DNA from: Chitinophaga pinensis
GTDB lineage: Bacteria > Bacteroidota > Bacteroidia > Flavobacteriales_D > Crocinitomicaceae
Length of the DNA stretch: 64,000 nucleotides
Assembly (NCBI GenBank): GCA_945902745.1
Contig: CAMDNE010000011.1
Coordinates: 26,644-90,643, forward strand
Direction of reading: 5' to 3'
Positions 61,032 through 64,000 of this stretch are shown here, piece by piece. How positions within the stretch are numbered: the stretch's first letter is position 1; every line of letters begins with the position of its first letter. The notes under the pieces are model-generated. The model did no database searches and was not told where the DNA came from. It saw only the letters and a program-made list of their open reading frames with translations. The position numbers were made by a program, and so were the translations under genes.

Positions 61032-61499
61032 TTACTCCACCTCTATCCAATCAAATAAATATTCTTCTTTATAATCAATCTTAAATTCCTTTAACAATCC
61101 TATATATTCATCTTTGAATTTTTTCTTTGCGTGATGCGCTTTTTGTCCTTTGATATAATTCGTAATCATATCAACCTGACGTTCATTGTATGAAAAAGCA
61201 CCAAATCCATTTTGCCAACTAAAAGCAGATTGTGTGAATTTATTATCATTCACCCAATTTGTAGAAGCTTTTTTCACTTCTCTTACCAAATCAGAAAGTG
61301 CACAAGTCGGTTTTATTCGAATAAACATATGCGTATGATCTGGCATTCCATTTATCGCAATGAGTGATTGATCCTTCAACTTAATGATGCCTGTAATGTA
61401 TTTATAAAGTTCATTTTCCCAATCTGCGTGAATTAAACATTCTCTTCGTTTTACAGTGAAAACTAGTTGAATATAAAGCTTTGTATATGAATCAGCCAT
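61032..61499 (-). mobile_element. IS200-like Y1 HUH transposase (RAYT-like), single gene without tnpB
   Basis: It contains YIQLVFTVKRRE, the HUH motif DHTHMF, and YIKGQKAHHAKK (tyrosine region). It is 155 aa long. Confidence 0.75.
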
Positions 61500-61611
61500 G
61501 CTTTTCTTATATAAGTTAAGAAAAAAGTTGAGTTGATTCCAAGAAAATTTTGAGTTTTTAAAGAAATTTGTATCTAAAAAAGTGCAATGTCCTTTCTACA
61601 ATTACTAAAAA

Positions 61612-61640
61612 TAAAAAAGAGATACAATTGCTGCATCTCT
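61612..61640 (-). terminator. Terminator after the carB-DUF4834 pair
   Basis: On the minus strand, stem AGAGAT.CA/TG.ATCTCT is followed by T6. Confidence 0.55.
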
Positions 61641-61647
61641 TATCTCT

Positions 61648-61923
61648 TCATTTTATTTCTTCGTAATCAACATCCATTATATCCGGATGACTTTTACTTT
61701 CTTTTTGTTTGGAACCTCCACTCAGTATTGTCGTTTTCCCAAAACTTTTCATTTTGCGTTGCCGTTCAGCTTCACCTTCTCGTTGATTTTTATTGAGAAT
61801 ACGTTCAGCTTCCATATTTCTTTTTGCAATCATCAATTGACCTAAAAATCGCAAAAGAACAATGGCGCCGATTACAATTAGAACCGTTCTAAAAATCCCT
61901 GGTATGCTAGCCGTTACAACCAC
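61648..61923 (-). CDS. DUF4834-like small membrane protein
   Basis: It has an N-terminal TM helix, a charged middle and an acidic tail DVDYEEIK. The GTG start overlaps the carB stop (TAGTG). Confidence 0.5.
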   Translation of the reverse strand: MVVTASIPGIFRTVLIVIGAIVLLRFLGQLMIAKRNMEAERILNKNQREGEAERQRKMKSFGKTTILSGGSKQKESKSHPDIMDVDYEEIK

Positions 61924-64000
61924 TATTTAGACAAATGCATGTTTCGTTCTGAGTAAATCTTCGTAAAGAATGGATCCTTCAAATTCTTGATAAAACGAAT
62001 TGCTTCACCTGTAGATTTCATTTCTGGACCAAGTTCTTTTTTCACATCTGGAAATTTCTCGTAAGAGAAAACTGGGATTTTTATCGCATAACCTTCTTTA
62101 CGTGGATTGAAATTGAAATCTGAAAGCTTCTTCTCCCCTAACATTATTTTCGTAGCATAATTCACGTAGGGCTCATTGTATGCTTTTGCTATAAAAGGAA
62201 CAGTTCTAGATGCTCTTGGATTTGCTTCAATCACATAAACTTTGTCATCTTTAATCGCAAATTGAATATTCATTAATCCAACTGTTCTCAATGCAAGAGC
62301 AATTTTAACCGTTATATCTTCTATCTGTTGCATTACAAAATCACCTAAATTATACGGGGGCAAAACAGCGTATGAATCTCCTGAGTGAATTCCAGCTGGT
62401 TCTATGTGCTGCATAATTCCTATGATGTGTACATTTTCGCCATCACAAATTGCATCTGCTTCAGCTTCAATTGCACCGCCAATAAAATGATCCAATAAAA
62501 TTTGGTTGTTCCCCATTTCATTGATAATATCAACAACATGGTGCTCCAATTCTTCTTTATTGATTACAATTTTCATTTTCTGTCCACCCAAAACGTAAGA
62601 AGGACGAACTAACAATGGAAATCCTAATTCATCTGAAAGCTCCAATGCTTGTTCTGCACTTTCTACAATTCCATATTTTGGAAAAGGAATATTGTTCTCT
62701 TCTAATACTTTCGAAAAACGACCTCTATCTTCCGCTAAATCCAACGCTTCGTAGCTCGTGCCTAGTATTTTAATTCCGTATCGTTCTAATTTTTCAGCCA
62801 TTTTAAGTGCTGTTTGACCGCCCAATTGAACAATGACACCAACTGGATTTTCGTGTTTGATAATATCATAAACATGTTCCCAGAATACTGGTTCGAAGTA
62901 CAATTTATCTGCCGTATCAAAATCTGTTGAAACCGTTTCAGGATTACAGTTGATCATGATTGTTTCATAACCACATTCTTTCGCCGCCAAAACACCGTGA
63001 ACACAACTATAATCAAACTCAATTCCTTGACCAATACGATTTGGACCAGAACCTAAAACAATTACTTTCTTTTTGTCCGACTTAATACTTTCATTTTCAA
63101 ATTCGAAAGTTGAGTAATAGTAAGGTGTTTGAGCTTCAAATTCTCCTGCACAGGTATCAACCAATTTGTAAACACGGTTAATCCCTTGTTCCATCCGTTT
63201 GTTGTACACTTCCGATTCTAAGCAACGCAAAAGATGTGCAACTTGTCTGTCAGCATAACCTTTTTGTTTCGCTTCAAACATCAATTCTTTTGGAATATTC
63301 TCCAAATGGAATTTTTCAATTTTACGCTCTAATTTGATTAGATCTTCAATTTGTTTCAAGAACCAAATGTCAATCTTCGTTTTCTCAACAATTTTTTTGA
63401 ATGGAATTCCCAATTTAATTGCGTCATAAATATGAAACAAACGATTCCAACTAGCGAATTCTAAACTGTGTAATATTTCGTCCTGATTCGTTAACTCACG
63501 TCCGTCAGCACCTAAACCATTTCTATTAATTTCCAACGATTGACACGCTTTTTGCAATGCCTCTTGAAATGAACGTCCAATACCCATTACTTCACCAACC
63601 GACTTCATTTGAAGACCTAGTTTACGATCTGTTCCTGGAAATTTATTAAAGTTCCAACGTGGTATTTTTACAATCACATAATCCAACGTCGGTTCAAATA
63701 AAGCTGAAGTTGTTTTTGTAATTTGATTGTTCAATTCTGTTAAATGATATCCAATGGCAAGTTTGGCAGCGATTTTGGCAATTGGATAACCCGTTGCTTT
63801 TGATGCCAAAGCAGACGATCTAGAAACTCTTGGATTTATTTCAATTGCGATAATCTCTTCTTTTTCATCAGGGGAAATTGCAAACTGAACATTACATCCT
63901 CCAGCGAAATTACCAATAGAACGCATCATTAAGATAGCCATATCACGCATTCTCTGAAAAGTTGTATCTGACAAGGTCATTGCTGGAGCAACAGTTATTG
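61923..64000 (-). CDS. carB: Carbamoyl-phosphate synthase large subunit (C-terminal ~690 aa; 5' end outside window)
   Basis: The frame stays open upstream of the listed Met (ITVAPAMTLSD). It has the second ATP-grasp domain and an MGS-like tail. Confidence 0.95.
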   Translation of the reverse strand, partial: ITVAPAMTLSDTTFQRMRDMAILMMRSIGNFAGGCNVQFAISPDEKEEIIAIEINPRVSRSSALASKATGYPIAKIAAKLAIGYHLTELNNQITKTTSALFEPTLDYVIVKIPRWNFNKFPGTDRKLGLQMKSVGEVMGIGRSFQEALQKACQSLEINRNGLGADGRELTNQDEILHSLEFASWNRLFHIYDAIKLGIPFKKIVEKTKIDIWFLKQIEDLIKLERKIEKFHLENIPKELMFEAKQKGYADRQVAHLLRCLESEVYNKRMEQGINRVYKLVDTCAGEFEAQTPYYYSTFEFENESIKSDKKKVIVLGSGPNRIGQGIEFDYSCVHGVLAAKECGYETIMINCNPETVSTDFDTADKLYFEPVFWEHVYDIIKHENPVGVIVQLGGQTALKMAEKLERYGIKILGTSYEALDLAEDRGRFSKVLEENNIPFPKYGIVESAEQALELSDELGFPLLVRPSYVLGGQKMKIVINKEELEHHVVDIINEMGNNQILLDHFIGGAIEAEADAICDGENVHIIGIMQHIEPAGIHSGDSYAVLPPYNLGDFVMQQIEDITVKIALALRTVGLMNIQFAIKDDKVYVIEANPRASRTVPFIAKAYNEPYVNYATKIMLGEKKLSDFNFNPRKEGYAIKIPVFSYEKFPDVKKELGPEMKSTGEAIRFIKNLKDPFFTKIYSERNMHLSK

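Overview
This 64-kb window looks like chromosomal DNA from a low-GC Bacteroidota genome (Flavobacteriia-like). The evidence is many proteins ending in T9SS (Por) C-terminal sorting domains, lipoprotein signals, TAnnTTTG-type -7 boxes, and near-absence of Shine-Dalgarno spacing constraints. Gene order: (1) 1-7.3 kb, a plus-strand block of T9SS cargo genes (LTD protein, GEVED/PPC-like protein, four tandem Kelch-propeller paralogs, small lipoprotein). (2) 7.3-19.9 kb, housekeeping and accessory genes (FkbM methyltransferase, DUF1272, efp, yaaA, a large T9SS adhesin-like protein, DASS transporter, pnp, rpsO, GNAT, SET-domain protein, MOSC). (3) 20.0-22.4 kb, a visibly GC-richer block with a zinc-finger/FAD-monooxygenase fusion and higBA. 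(4) 24.6-32.7 kb, a complete minus-strand his operon, hisG-D-C-[insertion]-B-H-A-F-IE. It is preceded by a His-codon leader peptide and attenuator, and interrupted between hisC and hisB by a GxxExxY (PD-(D/E)XK-like) gene plus a 51-bp tandem array. (5) hemB, an ABCG-like transporter operon, fabG, a porin-like OMP, rpsT, two tRNA-Glu, proS, clpB. (6) A 1.36-kb gene-free convergent spacer containing a duplicated noncoding module. (7) A GC-richer 981-aa T9SS protein, a fused speD-speE gene plus speB, a cell-wall peptidase and a processing protease. (8) An IS200-like Y1 (RAYT-like) transposase trailed by a REP-like hairpin array, then the 3' part of carB. No CRISPR array, rRNA, prophage or canonical defence island was seen. 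The most unusual signals are two small nuclease-type genes each followed by a ~51-54 bp tandem array, the his attenuator, a rod-like structured RNA candidate at 7.26-7.44 kb, and the duplicated noncoding modules after clpB. All calls rest on reading the sequence and translations by eye; no database search was run.
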